Source: Lingula anatina (taxonomy: Eukaryota; Animalia; Brachiopoda). Taken from it: a stretch of DNA of 64,000 bases. The position numbers and the translations under genes are program-made. The notes under the pieces were generated by a model. It was given only the letters and a program-made list of their open reading frames with translations. It was not told the origin of the DNA and did no database searches. The DNA is taken from the NCBI GenBank assembly GCA_051362555.1, contig CM120640.1:50632788-50696787 (forward strand). Direction: 5' to 3'. Shown here piece after piece: positions 11,501 through 38,190 of this stretch. Each line of letters begins with the position of its first letter. The stretch's first letter is position 1.

Positions 11501-14500
11501 ATTCTGAGATTCTGAACATAGTGAATGATTCAATCTGACAAACTGCAATGATATGAGTTTATTTCCATTTTTGAAACTTTATTACACAATACACGATAAC
11601 AAGTTTACCATCATTTTTACAAAATCAACTAACAATGTTGTAAAGATGCAGGAAATGTCAAACAAAAACTTTTACGTATCTTATTAGTTTAATAATGAGA
11701 CTGTTAACATGCCTAAGAATTGAATCTGAGGAAATGTGAAAAATATGCTGAAAAGTGAAAAAACAGCATAACTTCTACAATAATGGCCCAATCATGCTGA
11801 TTTTCGAACTTGACCTGCGTTTTATGAATATTCATCAGCTCTGTAAATATAAAGCCAAAAAGTAATACTGCCCTCCACTTATCGTGTTTACAAGGAAAGT
11901 GCACGGCGCCGGCATCGGCATCGGCATCGCCATCGGCGACGACAGACGCAGGTGATGGCAATATGTACAGACACATCTGTGTCTGTACATAACAAGGCAG
12001 CAAAGCTGTCAAATGTACAGACAAAAAGCAGGAAATAACAAAATAGGCTACTGTCAATTCTGATGCAAAAGTACATTATGTTAAACTGCAAATTCAACAT
12101 CAAATTCTGATTATGCTCAACAGGTAATACCAATGTAAGTTAGATGTGTAACAAACATAAAGCTTCAGGCCCATGGGAGTTCAAGTTCACCCTTTGAAAA
12201 TGTAAAAGTTCCAGAAAAAGAAGTCAATTAGACTGCTTTTCCAACTCAGGCTGCATTTTAGTCCTGTATTTCTTTTTTGAAAGTTTGGCAATCATAAGTA
12301 ACATGGTTTTCCCATAATGGTCATCATGGCAGCAGCACCCAAAATTGTGTTTTCTTCTATTTTGATGCAATATTACATAATGGTTACCAGCATAATGACA
12401 ATCAATTTTTAATAATAAAATATACGTATCATGGATTTTCAGAAAATGTGACAAGCATGGGTCTTCAAGCCTGTGGAACTTCAAAGTCACACCTTGAAAG
12501 TGTCAATATGTGAAAAATTAAAATTTCACAAAAAAACTGTTTAACTGGCAGATTGCATTGCCTACTGAAGCTATATTTTAATCCCATGTTTCTTTCCTGT
12601 AAGTTTGAGAACAGTAAGTGACATGGTTTTTCTTAAATGGTCATCATGGGAGCAGTGCCCAAAATAGGATTTTTTCAAATTTTGATGCAATATAACATAA
12701 TGTTTAACAGCATAATGACCATCAATTTTTAATAATAAAATATTAGTATCATGGATATTCAGAAAATGTGACTAGCAAAGGTTTTAAGGCCCATGGAACG
12801 TCAAAGTCACAACTTGAAAATGCCAAAATGTAAACAAGACAGCACTGTTCTGAAATGTTTTTTTTTCCATTTTTAACATTTTTTTAACATAAAACAAAAT
12901 TAACAGTTTACTGCCATTTTTATATGATCAACTAAGAAAATTGATGAGATGGGAAAAATATCAATAGAGCAGTGTTAAATGTCCAATTTCTTCCATTCTG
13001 AGATTCTGAACATAGTGAATGATTGAATCTGACAAACTGCAATGATATGAAATTATTTCCATTTTTGAAACTTTATTACACAATACACGATAACAAGTTT
13101 ACTATCATTTTTACAAAATCAACTAACAATGTTGTAAAGATGCAGGAAATGTCAAACAAACACTTTTAATATCTTATTAATTAAATAATGAAACTGTTAA
13201 CATGCCTAGGAATTGAATCTGAGAAAATGTGAAAAAACAACATAACTTCTAAAATAATGGCCCGATTATGCTGATCTTTTAACTCAACCTGCGTTTTAGT
13301 AAGATAGATTACTCCTGTGAGTTTCATGACAACAGGCCTATCGGTTTTCCTTGGAATGTGTTTACAGTGTTGCATATATGCTGAAAAGTGAAAAATAAAG
13401 CATAACTTCTACAATAATGACCTGATCATGCTGATTGTCGAACTTGACCTTCGTTTTATGAATATTCATCAGCTCTGTAAATATAAAACCAAAAAGTAAA
13501 ACTGCCTTCCACTTATCGTGTTTACAATGAAAGTGCACGGCGCCGGTGACGGCGATGACGGAGACGACAGACGCAGGTGATGGCAATATGTACAGACACA
13601 TCTATATATATTTACTGTACTGTTTGAGAACAGTAAGTGACATGGTTTTTCTTAAATGGTCATCATGGGAGCAGTGCCCAAAATAAGTTTTTTTCAAATT
13701 TTGATGCAATATTACATAATGTTTAACAGCATAATTACCATCAATTTTTAATAATAAAATATTAGTATCATGGATATTCAGAAAATGTGACTAGCAAAGG
13801 TCTTCAGGCCCATGGAACTTCAAAGACACAACTTGAAAATGCCAAAATGTAAACAAGACAGCACTGTTCTGAAATGTTTTTTTTCCATATTTAACAATTT
13901 TTAACATAAAACAAAATTAACAGTTTACTGCCATTTTTATATAATCAACTAAGAAAATTGATGAGATGGGAAAAATATCAATAGAGCAGTGTTAAATGTC
14001 CAATTTCTTCCATTCTGAGATTCTGAACACAGTGAATGATTGAATCTGACAAACTGCAATGATATGAGTTTATTTCCATTTTTGACACTTTATTACACAA
14101 TACACGATAACAAGTTTACCATCATTTTTACAAAATCAACTAACAATGTTGTAAAGATGCAGGAAATGTCAAACAAAAACTTTTACGTATCTTATTAGTT
14201 TAATAATGAGACTGTTAACATGCCTAAGAATTGAATCTGAGGAAATGTGAAAATATGCTGAAAAGTGAAAAAACAGCATAACTTCTACAATAATGGCCCG
14301 ATCATGCTGATTTTTGAACTTGACCTGCGTTTTATGAATATTCATCAGCTCTGTAAATATAAAGCCAAAAAGTAAAACTGCCCTCCACTTATGGTGTTTA
14401 CAAGGAAAGTGCACGGCGCCGGCATCGCCATCGCCATCGGCATCGCCATCGGCGACGGCGACGACAGACGCAGGTGATGGCAATATGTACAGACACATCT

Positions 14501-17500
14501 GTGTCTGTACATAATAAAAAGGGATTTTTGTACTGAAAGGCTTTCAAGATATAAATCAAACCCATTAAAATTTTTAGAACTGATTTTCACTAATCTGCAA
14601 TAATTGAATGAGACTGAAGCATGTAGGCTGCAATTAATTCAATTATTATTCAAGACTCTTACAATCATAATGACCATGTATCAAAGAATAATTTACCTTG
14701 ATAAGCAGCCTACAACAAGTTTAACTCCATCATTTTTCAGAATGTGATCTCTGTTGTCCTTGTCTGAAACAGCATCAAAATGTTAGAGCAATATAAAAAG
14801 TAAACTTTCTCAGATAACTTTTAAAGATTATTGCATAAATATTTAAAGGGAAAGCATTTTAATTTTAAAATTTAATACAATATAATAGAGATATATCAAA
14901 ATAGATTGATTAAAATACCTAGTAAAGGAATGTTTAATCAAGGGTGTAGCAGGCAAAGCTAGCAATGTTTCATCTGTATAAATTTTATGAAAACCTGTCC
15001 ATTTTCCCCCAAGACTAAACTGGTCATTTTAATTATAAACAAGGCAGCAAAGCTGTCAAATGTACAGACAAAAAGCAGGAAATAACTATGCACAAAATAG
15101 GCTACTGTTTATTCTGATGCAAAAGTACATTATGTTAAACTGTAAATTCAACATCAAATTTTAATTATGCTCAACAGGTAATACCAATGAAAGTAAAATG
15201 TGTAACAAGCATAAGGCTTCAGGCCCATGAGAGTTCAAGTTCACACTTTGAAAATGTATAACTTCCAGAAAAAGAAGCCAATTAGACTGCTTTTCCAACT
15301 CAGGCTGCATGCCAATTTTCGAACTTGACCTCCGTTTTAGTAAGATCGATTACTCCTGAGAGTTTCACGACAACAGGCCTATCGGTTTTTCTTGAAATGT
15401 GTTTACAGTGTTGCATATATGTTGAAAAGTGAAAGAAAAAAGCATAACTTCTACAATAATGGCCCGATCATCCTGATTTTCGAACTTGACCTGCATTTTA
15501 TGAATATTCATCAGCTCTTTAAATATAAAGCCCAAAAGTAAAACTGCCTTCCACTTATCGTGTTTACAATGAAAGTGCAAGGTGCCGGCAACAGCGATGA
15601 CGGCGACGACAGACGCAGGTGATGGCAATATGTACAGACACATCTGTACATATTTACTGTACTGTTTGAGAACAGTAAGTGACATGGTTTTTCTTAAATG
15701 GTCATCATGGGAGCAGTGCCCAAAATAGTTTTTTTTCAAATTTTGATGCAATATTACATAATGTTTAACAGCATAATGACCATCAATTTTTAATAATAAA
15801 ATATTAGTATCATGGATATTCAGAAAATGTGACTAGCAAAGGTCTTTAGGCCCATGGAACTTCAAAGCCACAACTTGAAAATGCCAAAATGTAAACAAGA
15901 CAGCACTGTTCTGAAATGGGTTTATTTCCATTTTTAACAATTTTTAACATAAAACAAAATTAACAGTTAACTGCCATTTTTATATGATCAACTAAGAAAA
16001 TTGATGAGATGGGAAAAATATCAATAGAATAGTGTCAAATGTCCAATTTCCTCCATTCTGAGATTCTGAACATAGTGAATGATTCAATCTGACAAACTGC
16101 AATGATATGAGTTTATTTCCATTTTTGAAACTTTATTACACAATACACAATAACAAGTTTAACATCATTTTTACAAAATCAACCAACAATGTAGTAAAGA
16201 TGCAGGAAATGTCAAAAAAACACTTTTACATATCTTATTAATTAAATAATGAAACTGTTAACATGCCTAAGAATTGAATCTAAGGAAATGTAAAAAACAG
16301 CATAACTTCTAAAATAATGGCCTGATTATGCTGATTTTTGAACTTGACTTGCGTTTTAGCAGGATTGACCACTCCTGTGAGTTTAATGACAATTGGCCTA
16401 TCTGTTTTTCTTATATTGTGTTTACAGTGTTGCATATATGCTGAAAAAAGAAAAAAAAGCATAACTACTAAAATAGTGGCCCGATCATGCCAATTTTCGA
16501 ACTTGACCTGCGTTTTAGTAAGATCAATTTTTCCTGTGAGTTTCATGACAACAGGCCTATCGGTTTTCGTTGAAATGTGTTTACAGTGTTGCATATATGC
16601 TGAAAAGTGAAAAAACAGCATAACTTCTACAATAATGGCCCGATCATGCTGATTTTCGAACTTGACCTGCATTTTATGAATATTCATCAGCTCTGTAAAT
16701 ATAAAGCCAAAAAGTAAAACTGCCTTCCACTTATCGTGTTTACAAGGAAAGTGCACGGCGCCGACGGCGACGGCGACGACAGACGCAGGTGATGGCAATA
16801 TGTACAGACACATCTATATATATTTACTGTACTGTTTGAGAACAGTAAGTGACATGGTTTTTCTTAAATGGTCATCATGGGAGCAGTGCCCAAAATAGTT
16901 TTTTTTCAAATTTTGATGCAATATTACATAATGTTTAACAGCATGATGACCATCAATTTTTAATAATAAAATATTAGTATCATGGATATTCAGAAAATGT
17001 GACTAGCAAAGGTCTTCAGGCCCATGGAACTTCAAAGTCACAACTTGAAAATGCCAAAATGTAAACAAGACAGCACTGTTCTGAAATGTTTTTTTTTTTC
17101 CATTTTTAACAATTTTTAACATAAAACAAAATTAACAGTTTACTGCCATTTTTATATTATCAACTAAGAAAATTGATGAGATGGGAAAAATATCAACAGA
17201 GCAGTGTTAAATGTCCAATTTCTTCCATTCTGAGATTCTGAACATAGTGAATAATTCAATCTGACAAACTGCAATGATATGAGTTTATTTCCATTTTTGA
17301 AACTTTATTACACAATACACGATAACAAGTTTACCATCATTATTACAAAATCAACTAACAATGTTGTAAAGATGCAGGAAATGTCAAACAAACACTTTTA
17401 CGTATCTTATTAGTTTAATAATTAGACTGTTAACATGCCTAAGAATTGAATCTGAGGAAATGTGAAAAATATGCTGAAAAGTGAAAAAACAGCATAACTT

Positions 17501-20500
17501 CTACAATAATGGCCCGATCATGCTGATTTTCGAACTTGACCTGCGTTTTATGAATATTCATCAGCTCTGTAAATATAAAGCCAAAAAGTAAAACTGCCCT
17601 TCACTTATCGTGTTTACAAGGAAAGTGCACGGCGCCGGCATCGGCATCGCCATCGCCATCGCCATCGGCGACGACAGACGCAGGTGATGGCAATATGTAC
17701 AGACACATCTGTGTCTGTACATAAAAAGTGGATTTTATCCAAGTGAAAAAATATTGAGCTCAGTGTTTTTGTTCACTTAGTGTACATGTTAACCTATGAC
17801 AGCATGGAACAATGATAATCTTTAACAAGGCAGCAAAGCTGTCAAATGTACAGACAAAAAACAGGAAATAACTATGCACAAAATAGGCTACTGTCAATTC
17901 TGATGCAAAAGTACATTATGTTAAACTGCAAATTCAACATCAAATTTAAATTATGCTCAAGCAGCACCCAAAATTGTGTTTTCTTCTATTCTGATGCAAT
18001 ATTACATAATGGTTAACAGCATAATGACCGTCAATTTTTAATAATAAAATATACATGGATTTTCAGAAAATGTGACTAGCATGGGTCTTCAAGCCCGTGG
18101 AACTTCAAAGTTACACCTTGAAAATGCCAATATGTGAAAAATTAAATTTTCACAAAAAAACTGTTTAACTGGCAGTAAGAATTACCAAACAGACTGCATT
18201 GCCTACTGAAGCTGTATTTTAGTCCCATGTTTCTTTCCTGTAAGTTTGAGAACAGTAAGTGACATGGTTTTTCTTAAATGGTCATCATGAGGGCAGTGCC
18301 CAAAATAGTTTTTTTTTTTTCAAATTTTGATGCAATATTACATAATGTTTAACAGCATAATGATGAGTATTATGGATATTCAGAAAATGTTACTAGCAAA
18401 GGTCTTCAGGCCCATGGAACTTCAAAGTCACAACTTGAAAATGCCAAAATGTAAACAAGACAGCACTGTTCTGAATTTTTTTTTTCCATTTTTAACAATT
18501 TTTAACATAAAACAAAATTAACAGTTTACTGCCGTTTTTATATGATCAACTAAAAAAATTGATGAGATGGGAAAAATATCAATAGAGCAGTGTTAAATGT
18601 CCAATTTCTTCCATTCTGAGATTCTGAACATAGTGAATGTCAATGATTGAATCTGACAAACTGCAATGATATGAGTTTATTTCCATTTTTTGAAACTTTA
18701 TTACACAATACAAGATAACAAGTTTACCATCATTTTTACATATGTTGTAAAGATGCAGGAAATGCCAAACAAACACTTTTACTTATCTTACTAATTAAAT
18801 AATGAAACATGCATGTTAACATGCCTAAGAATTAAATCTGAGGAAATGTGAAAAAACAGCATTTCTTCAAAATAATGGCCCAATTAAGCTGATTTTTAAA
18901 CTCAACCTGCGTTTTAGCAGGAATGACCACTCCTGTGAGTTTACTGACAATTGGCCTATCTGTTTTTCTTATTTTGTGTTTACAGTGTTGCATATATGCT
19001 GAAAAGTGAAATAAAAAGCATAACTAAAATAGTGGCCCGATCATGCCTATTTTCTAACTTGACCTGCGTTATAGTAAGATTGATTACTCCTATGAGTTTC
19101 ATGACAACAGGCCTAACGGTTTTCCTTGAAATGTGTTTACAGTGTTGCATATATGCTGAAAAGTGAAAAAACAGCATAAGTTCTACAATAATGGCCCGAT
19201 CATGCTGATTTTCGGACTTGACCTGCGTTTTATGGATATTCATCAGCTCTGTAAATATACAGCCAAAAAGTAAAACTGCCTTCCACTTATCGCGTTTACA
19301 ATGAAAGTGCACGGCGACAGTGACAGTGACGGCAACGCCAGCCACGACAGACGCAGGTGATGGCAATATGTACAGACACATCTGTACATATTTACTGTAC
19401 TGTTTGAGAACAGTAAGTGACATGGTTTTTCTTAAATGGTCATCATGGGAGCAGTGCCCAAAATAAGTTTTTTTCAAATTTTGATGCAATATTACATAAT
19501 GTTAAACAGCTTAATGACCATCAATTTTTAATAATAAAATATTAGTATCATGGATATTCAGAAAATGTGACTAGCAAAGGTCTTCAGGCCCATGGAACTT
19601 CAAAGTCACAACTTGAAAATGCCAAAATGTAAACAAGACAGCACTGTTCTGAAATGTTTTTTTTCCATTTTTAACAATTTTTTTAACATAAACAAAATTA
19701 ACAGGTTACTGCCATTTTTATACGATCAACTAAGAAAATTGATGAGATGGGAAAAATATCAATACAACAGTGTTAAATGTCCAATTTCCTCCATCCTGAG
19801 ATTCTGAACATAGTGAATGATTGCATCTGACAAACTGCAATGATATGAGTTTATTTCCATTTTTGACACTTTATTACACAATACACGATAACAAGTTTAC
19901 CATCATTTTTACATAATCAACTAACAATTTTGTAAAGATTCAGGAAATGTCAAACAAACACTTTTATGTATCTTATTAGTAAAATAATAAGACTGTTAAC
20001 ATGCCTAAGAATTGAATCTGAGGAAATGTGAAAAAACAGCATAACTTCTAAAGTAATGGCCCGATCATGCCGATTTTCGAACTTGACCTGCGTTTTAGTA
20101 AGATTGATTACTCCTGTGAGTTTCATGACAACAGGCCTAACGGTGTTCCTTAAAATGTGTTTACAGGGTTGCATATATGCTGAAAAGTGAAAAAACAGCA
20201 TAAGTTCTACAATAATGGCCCGATCATGCTGATTTTCGAACTTGACCTGCGTTTTATGAATATTCATCAGCTCTGTAAATATAAAGCCAAAAAGTAAAAC
20301 TGTCCTCCACTTATCGTGTTTACAAGGAAAGTGCACGGCATCGGCGACGGCATCGGCATCGGCGACGGCAGACGCAGGTGATGGCAATATGTACAGACAC
20401 ATCTGTGTCTGTACATAAAAATTATCCTCATATGAATACAACTATATTTCATTTGCCACCCCTGTAAATATCATAATATATCTTGATCTATGACATCCCC

Positions 20501-23500
20501 TATTTAATTACACATGCCATACAAACAAACTGGCAGCTTAACAGCTCATTATGCTGAAAACCCCATTGGAATGGGGTCTAGGTCAGTCAGTTAGTGGACT
20601 AGACTGGGATCTGGCTTTGCATGGGATAAATAAGTTTATAATCCAACGTATGCGGGGGTCGTCCATTAACTAGCGCGCAAGAGAAAAAGCAGCAGATGTA
20701 CAGCCGCCCTACTGGCACCAGAGACCGAGAAGATGACACAATACGGGTGAGTACAAGTACAGCACCAGTTCATGTCAATCAATCTGACTTTCCGGCCAAT
20801 GGCAACGTTGGCTCATGTCACGTGACATAAACACAGAAGAAGAACCCTAGGCAGAATATTCCCAGTTTCCGTGGAGCCTGCATGTGAAGTTCACAAAGAA
20901 AAGAGAAGTAGAAAACAACAGACAAAATTAAGGTAAGAAATCTTAAAATTTGTTTCCTCCTCCCTCCCCTCAACTACAAGTGATATATATAACATCTATC
21001 CCGCTCAGACGCTTTACGGCGCGGTGCGGCGCTTTACATTCCCCACCTTTAATGATTATGCGTTTTCACACCATCTAAATTAGTGGACTAGACTGGGATC
21101 TGGCCTGTGACATATTATGTATATCTAGACCAATTTTTATAATAAAATTTGAGGTGTTTTCACGCAAGCACATAATATCTTTTGCAGCAACAGCAAAGTA
21201 CCATTTTAAATATGTTTAATTAAAATTATCTCTGTTGTCTGTGAATTTGGTTTAATTAAAATAATCTGTTTTTGTTTTTTTTCATTTTCTTCCGATTACC
21301 ACTGAGAATCTCTTTGTATACTGCTATAAAGTACTACAAGAATTATGAAATACTATATTCAGCTCACCAAGGGAACAGTTGCAAATACCACCAATGGCAA
21401 ATTCAACTAACTTTGGATTACTCTCTGTCAAACAATCTGAAAAAAAAAATAATAATAATAATAAGTAAACACACTGCTCATAATGCAATACTGTTCCTAC
21501 AAGCAGTTACTTGACCATGCAATTAGGGTAGGGTTAATAAGAACTTTTTTTGGAAATCTCTCATAGAACAGTTGATTTTAGAGGCAAAATGGGTTAAAAA
21601 GTTCATTTCTCATGAGAAACTTGAGATAGGGGCATTCTTTAGGTCGGTAATTTACTATTTTTGGAAACGTATACAAAGCATTTGTACTACATATCAGTAA
21701 CTGTAGTAACTATATGCATGTATACACCTGTATTGAATAGGGTTGGGTGAAGCACAAAATTTTGATAAGTGTTTTCTACATGGCAGAAAATGATGCTTGA
21801 CATACATGTACAGCTATTTTTTCACAACAGCCATTTAGGTTGGTAAAATGACGATTTAAAATGGCAGACAAAATGCCCTAACAATAGTTTCAACATCAAC
21901 AATTAAAGGACCCATAGTTTGTAAGATGTGAGCTCACATGGTATCTTAACTCACTGCCAAATGTACCAATATGAGTATTAATATCAGAAACGGATTCTAC
22001 AACCCCTAAAAGATAGGAAAAGACAAATGACACACTAGAGAACTTTTAATTGTTGTTGATGAAACTCTTAGTAGGCTGTTGTTTTGGCTGCCATTTTGAA
22101 AATAGTCATTAACTGACCTAAGTAATTGTTGTTGAAATAAAGGATTGTCATATTTGTGCTCAGTGCCAAATTTCACCTCAGAAAACACCTATTATGGAAT
22201 TTTTTTTAGATTTACCCTACTCTAATACAATATTAGTGCTAACGTAGTAAAAAAAGAAGGCAATGTTTCAAACATATTATAACAGTGACTGTGTAAGTTG
22301 AATGAAAACACTTATATTGAATGAAATATTCACTTTGATACTTTCTCTTCATGTCTTATGTCAGCTTCCTTTCACTCATTATTTTAAAATTCTGTATGAA
22401 GCCCCATCAAGTACACTCTATATACCTTTATAAGCAGTTTGTAAACATTCAAAATAAAATAAAGTAGCCTTCTATACTTCAATAGTACTCAGTTACTATG
22501 ACTTCAAACTCTGTAAAGATAGGAGTCATGAAGTGCATATCATCTGGAGATATTTATGACACAAAAAATATATTTGCAAAAGCTATACCTTCAACTTACC
22601 AAGAAAAAGATCCCAAACATTCAACTTCCTCATGAAGTCATAATTGATAGGATCATATGCGAAATTGGCCAAATTTGCAAGCACTTGTTCCTTGGACTCT
22701 AGAAATAAATGCAAAGGGAAAATATATTTTACATAATATGACATCTCACTTATGTTTTGACAAATGATAAACAACATAAATGGAAGCAAGCATGTTTATG
22801 TTGGACATGTTGACACCTGACCAAGAATAACTGGTGTTACCACACTGAGACAAATGGCAATTGGGGTTCAGAATCCGCCCCCCCCCCCCCCCCCAAAAAA
22901 AAAAAGAGGATTTATTTTGATGTTCCATATAATCTGAAGGTTGTATTTCGTATATTTAGACTGGGTTCCCACAGATTTAGAATGATCCATCTGGATCAAC
23001 CTAACTCCCTGGGGGTTCAAGCTAAATTGCTGTCAGCTTCCGGGAACCGAGCACGCACAAAAGTCAATTACCCCCTTACAGCTTTAAGTAGGAGGGACAG
23101 ACACTTAAGCTGGTTAAGCTGGCAGCAATCTAGTGAGGCTCCCCAGGAGGATAGATCGATCTAAATATCTGTGGGAATGGTCTCTTATTGACACCCGGTG
23201 AAATTTAAATCGGATTCATCTCAGTAAATAGCGTCTGAAAAAAATTACAAACATGATATCACTAAAACTTGAATAACTTTAACGGTTTATCCATGCTCCG
23301 ATATGTTTTAATCTGTCTGTGGATTCTACGTTATCATTAACATTTAGCATTTTACTGATTTATAATAATAAACAAGTCTGAAACAGTGTTAGACGATGTC
23401 CACTTGAGGAATGATTTTAAAACATCCATATACCTTCGCTGGAGGTGTCCTGAAATTCGGTTACTAAAGATTGCAGATAGCTAAAGCGACCAATTCCCCA

Positions 23501-23542
23501 AGGACCAGTCTTCTTCTGCAGGTATTCTTTAGAACTGAACAT
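8545..23542 (-). CDS. ARMC7: Armadillo repeat-containing protein 7, 7 coding exons, 197 aa
   Basis: Exons 23542-23434, 22698-22600, 21436-21368, 14763-14697, 9307-9237, 8890-8799, 8631-8545. All introns are GT-AG, phases are consistent, total 594 nt. Peptide includes [70 protein letters not shown], matching ARMC7 as recalled. Confidence 0.93.
9316..14512 (-). mobile_element. Two head-to-tail composite Helentron-associated (HINE/DINE-1/Pearl-like) elements in ARMC7 intron 4
   Basis: Units 9316-11990 and 11991-14512. Each has a 5' hairpin ATGTACAGACAC-AGAT-GTGTCTGTACAT, a (GTCGCC)-like microsatellite, ~160-bp internal repeats, a 3' sub-TIR TGTCTGTACA and a short hairpin CAGC-TTT-GCTG. Inserted in T-rich sites without TSD. 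Confidence 0.8.
15038..17722 (-). mobile_element. Composite HINE-like element in ARMC7 intron 3
   Basis: Same termini and the same three-head architecture as 9316-11990, highly similar throughout. Confidence 0.8.
17824..20416 (-). mobile_element. Composite HINE-like element in ARMC7 intron 3
   Basis: Same 3' end (AACAAGGCAGCAAAGCTGTC on +) and 5' hairpin; one internal defective head at ~19390. Confidence 0.8.
20591..21104 (+). mobile_element. Probable solo terminal-repeat remnant of a Ngaro-like element
   Basis: 25-bp direct repeat TTAGTGGACTAGACTGGGATCTGGC at 20591-20615 and 21080-21104. Internal landmarks in the same order as 5680-6155: GTCACGTGACA, AAGGTAAG, C/T tract, GGCGCTTT..TCCCCACCTTT. 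Confidence 0.5.
22966..23177. mobile_element. Possible MITE in ARMC7 intron 1
   Basis: Imperfect inverted ends TTCCCACAGAT(AT)TTAGA; more GC-rich than flanks; no clear TSD. Confidence 0.4.
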
Positions 23543-35819
<12,277 letters not shown>

Positions 35820-38016
35820 AAACGGCTTGCCATGTGGTGAACTGTTTTTTTTTTTTTTTTTGTACTACAGGTATACTTAATATGTATCTTTCCATTTAAA
35901 GTAAGCTCTACATTTAAAGGAGTATAGACGAATTAACTGCCAAGATGGAGGTCAATACAGGTCAAGTGCTGAAGGAAGAATTAGGATTTCTGGACTGTTA
36001 TAAGTGAAACAAGGAAACGACTGAATCCCTTATATGCCACATATTTCATAATGATCAGTACACAGTATATGTCATGACCCATTTCTAATTTTTTTGTGTG
36101 GAAGGTAATAGAGATCAAAAAGAGGAAAACACGTGGTTTCTTGTTGCGCTTGGCTTGCGGTAATATATGTATTCTTCCACAGGAGTGGATATTTGAGCCA
36201 GTTGAAGTCGGTATTAAACTGTGTATATATTTCGTTAAAATAATCCAGCTTTGAAATTTTTTGATGGCTGCATGGACCAAGTCATTTAGGAAATTATTCC
36301 ATATTTTGTACACCAAAATCTTCCATAACATATAAATATCATCATTGCTTCATAATTTTGTTAGTGGTGCTGAAAAATTAGAATGAGTATGGTCACTAAC
36401 AATGTACCTCCAAGTAATTACTGGCAATTTTCATAGTGTACCATGTCTCTATATAATGTTGGAGTGGGACCTTGATTTTTTGGGGAAAAGAATGGCGCAC
36501 AGCTATGCCTGTCTTTAATGGTGATTTTGAAGAAGGCTTGTTGACAGATGCATTCAAGGACGTATATATGTCAGCGGTTACGAGCCTGAGTAATGGTTGC
36601 TGTTTTGATTTAACATACTACGCTGCATGTTTTAGCAAGAAAACGACTGTATCAATTATAATATCAAAAAATAAAAGTGTGCAATATAAAGTTGTCAATG
36701 ATATGAACACGTCCATTTTCTTAGTCTTTCTAAATACTGTTGGTAAAGTAGGTGAAGTGTACTATTGCTGCTGCCTTCTCTGTGCAAAATAGGCCTCCGC
36801 GTGTGATTTCGGCTTGCACTAGTGATACATGTTCAAAACATTGCCCCGTTTAGTAATATAATGTTTACCAATCATCAAGATAAGTTTATTTTACGAAACA
36901 AAAATACCTGCGTGTCCTCATGAGTACATGAGACGAGGTGGAAAGGGAAATGGACGTGAATGTTGACAAAAGATCACACCAAGTTATACGAAATCGAGAC
37001 TCGTTTTATAGACGTCAGCTTCAAGATTTCCTACCAATACTTTGCAAAAGAACGACAATAAATCCTGATCAACAGCTCTCACAAATGAAAAGCAAATTAA
37101 AGAAACGTGGAAAACGAGATAAAAAGGGGGAAGAGAGAGAAAGTATGTATTTTACCATTCTTTTCGGAACTTTTTGCAGAGAAACTGACGATGGCGACAA
37201 CAGCACTACGATCGGCCTAGAAGAATAATACATTTAGCTATCCGTAATGTAAATATCTACCACGTCGTTATGAAATCGATGATGAAATATTCTTTATACA
37301 TTGAACGCAACTCGGATTTTATATTAATTTCCGTTATATTTTCTAACATATTTGTAATCATTTAAGTTTATGTCTAGCTAACATAAGTTATTGTTCTTGC
37401 GATGCGATCGATACATAAAAGCGGAATGGATTTTAAATATTTAGTGCAGACTTCAAACCGCACAATCCTGGATAAAACCTATTGATTCTTATTCAGTGCA
37501 ACTCAAAACTCATTCAATGAATCCAATAGGGAATGAAGATTCAAGACCGATATCACATTGGTTATTAGTGTCTCTTTAAGCTTTGAAAACTGAGCTTTTG
37601 GTGTACAGATAGAATATTCTCAAACCTGCTTCAGTTGTTATTTTGCCCTCATTGTAACAACTGGTAGTCTGTAAATCGAACAAGAACAAATAAATAATAC
37701 CAAATGAATATTAGTGGTGACGCGACACTGTTTGATTTCCAAGCAGTCTCACATATAACGCATGATCTTTTACGGACCACAATATTGACTTTGCCGCAGT
37801 ACGTTAGAGCTCTGGTCAAATATTTAATACGTAACCTGTACCCTCACCTCACCTCATGCGGTAGATTTCTATTTTAAAATATGCCTATAGTGCATCGAGT
37901 AAAACTACTAACAACCTACACAAATACAGTAACTAAACCACTGGTTGATTTACAGTTGCAGTGTGCATTTTATTCAAACTATTCCATTTTAAACATTAAC
38001 AGTGGTTAGTTTTGAG

Positions 38017-38190
38017 GGGGGCGTCTCGATAGTCCGAAGGTTCATTGGTCCGAAGGTTCATTGGTCCGAAAAGTGGTAACATTTTCATCCATTTTTTAAT
38101 CAAGGGTTCATTGATCCGAAGGTTCTATAGTGAACATTCGGACCAATGAACCTTCGGACTATTGAACCTTCGGACTATTGCTACGGCCCC
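38017..38190. mobile_element. Mutator/Foldback-like MITE with 9-bp TSD
   Basis: AGTTTTGAG duplicated at 38008-38016 and 38191-38199; GGGG...CCCC ends; inverted arrays of the 15-mer GGTCCGAAGGTTCAT(T). Confidence 0.8.

Noticed and set aside
9316-20416. CRISPR-like array of palindromic heads
   Set aside because: Eukaryotic context; the intervening sequences are ~1 kb and homologous rather than unique spacers; no cas genes.
9643-20452. Recurring ORFs of up to 177 aa starting [14 protein letters not shown], resembling a gene family
   Set aside because: They are translations of the HINE head and 160-bp repeats; frames and stops vary between copies, and they lie in ARMC7 introns.
36938-37228. 96-aa ORF downstream of AMPK
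   Set aside because: GTG start, low complexity, no splice or domain support.
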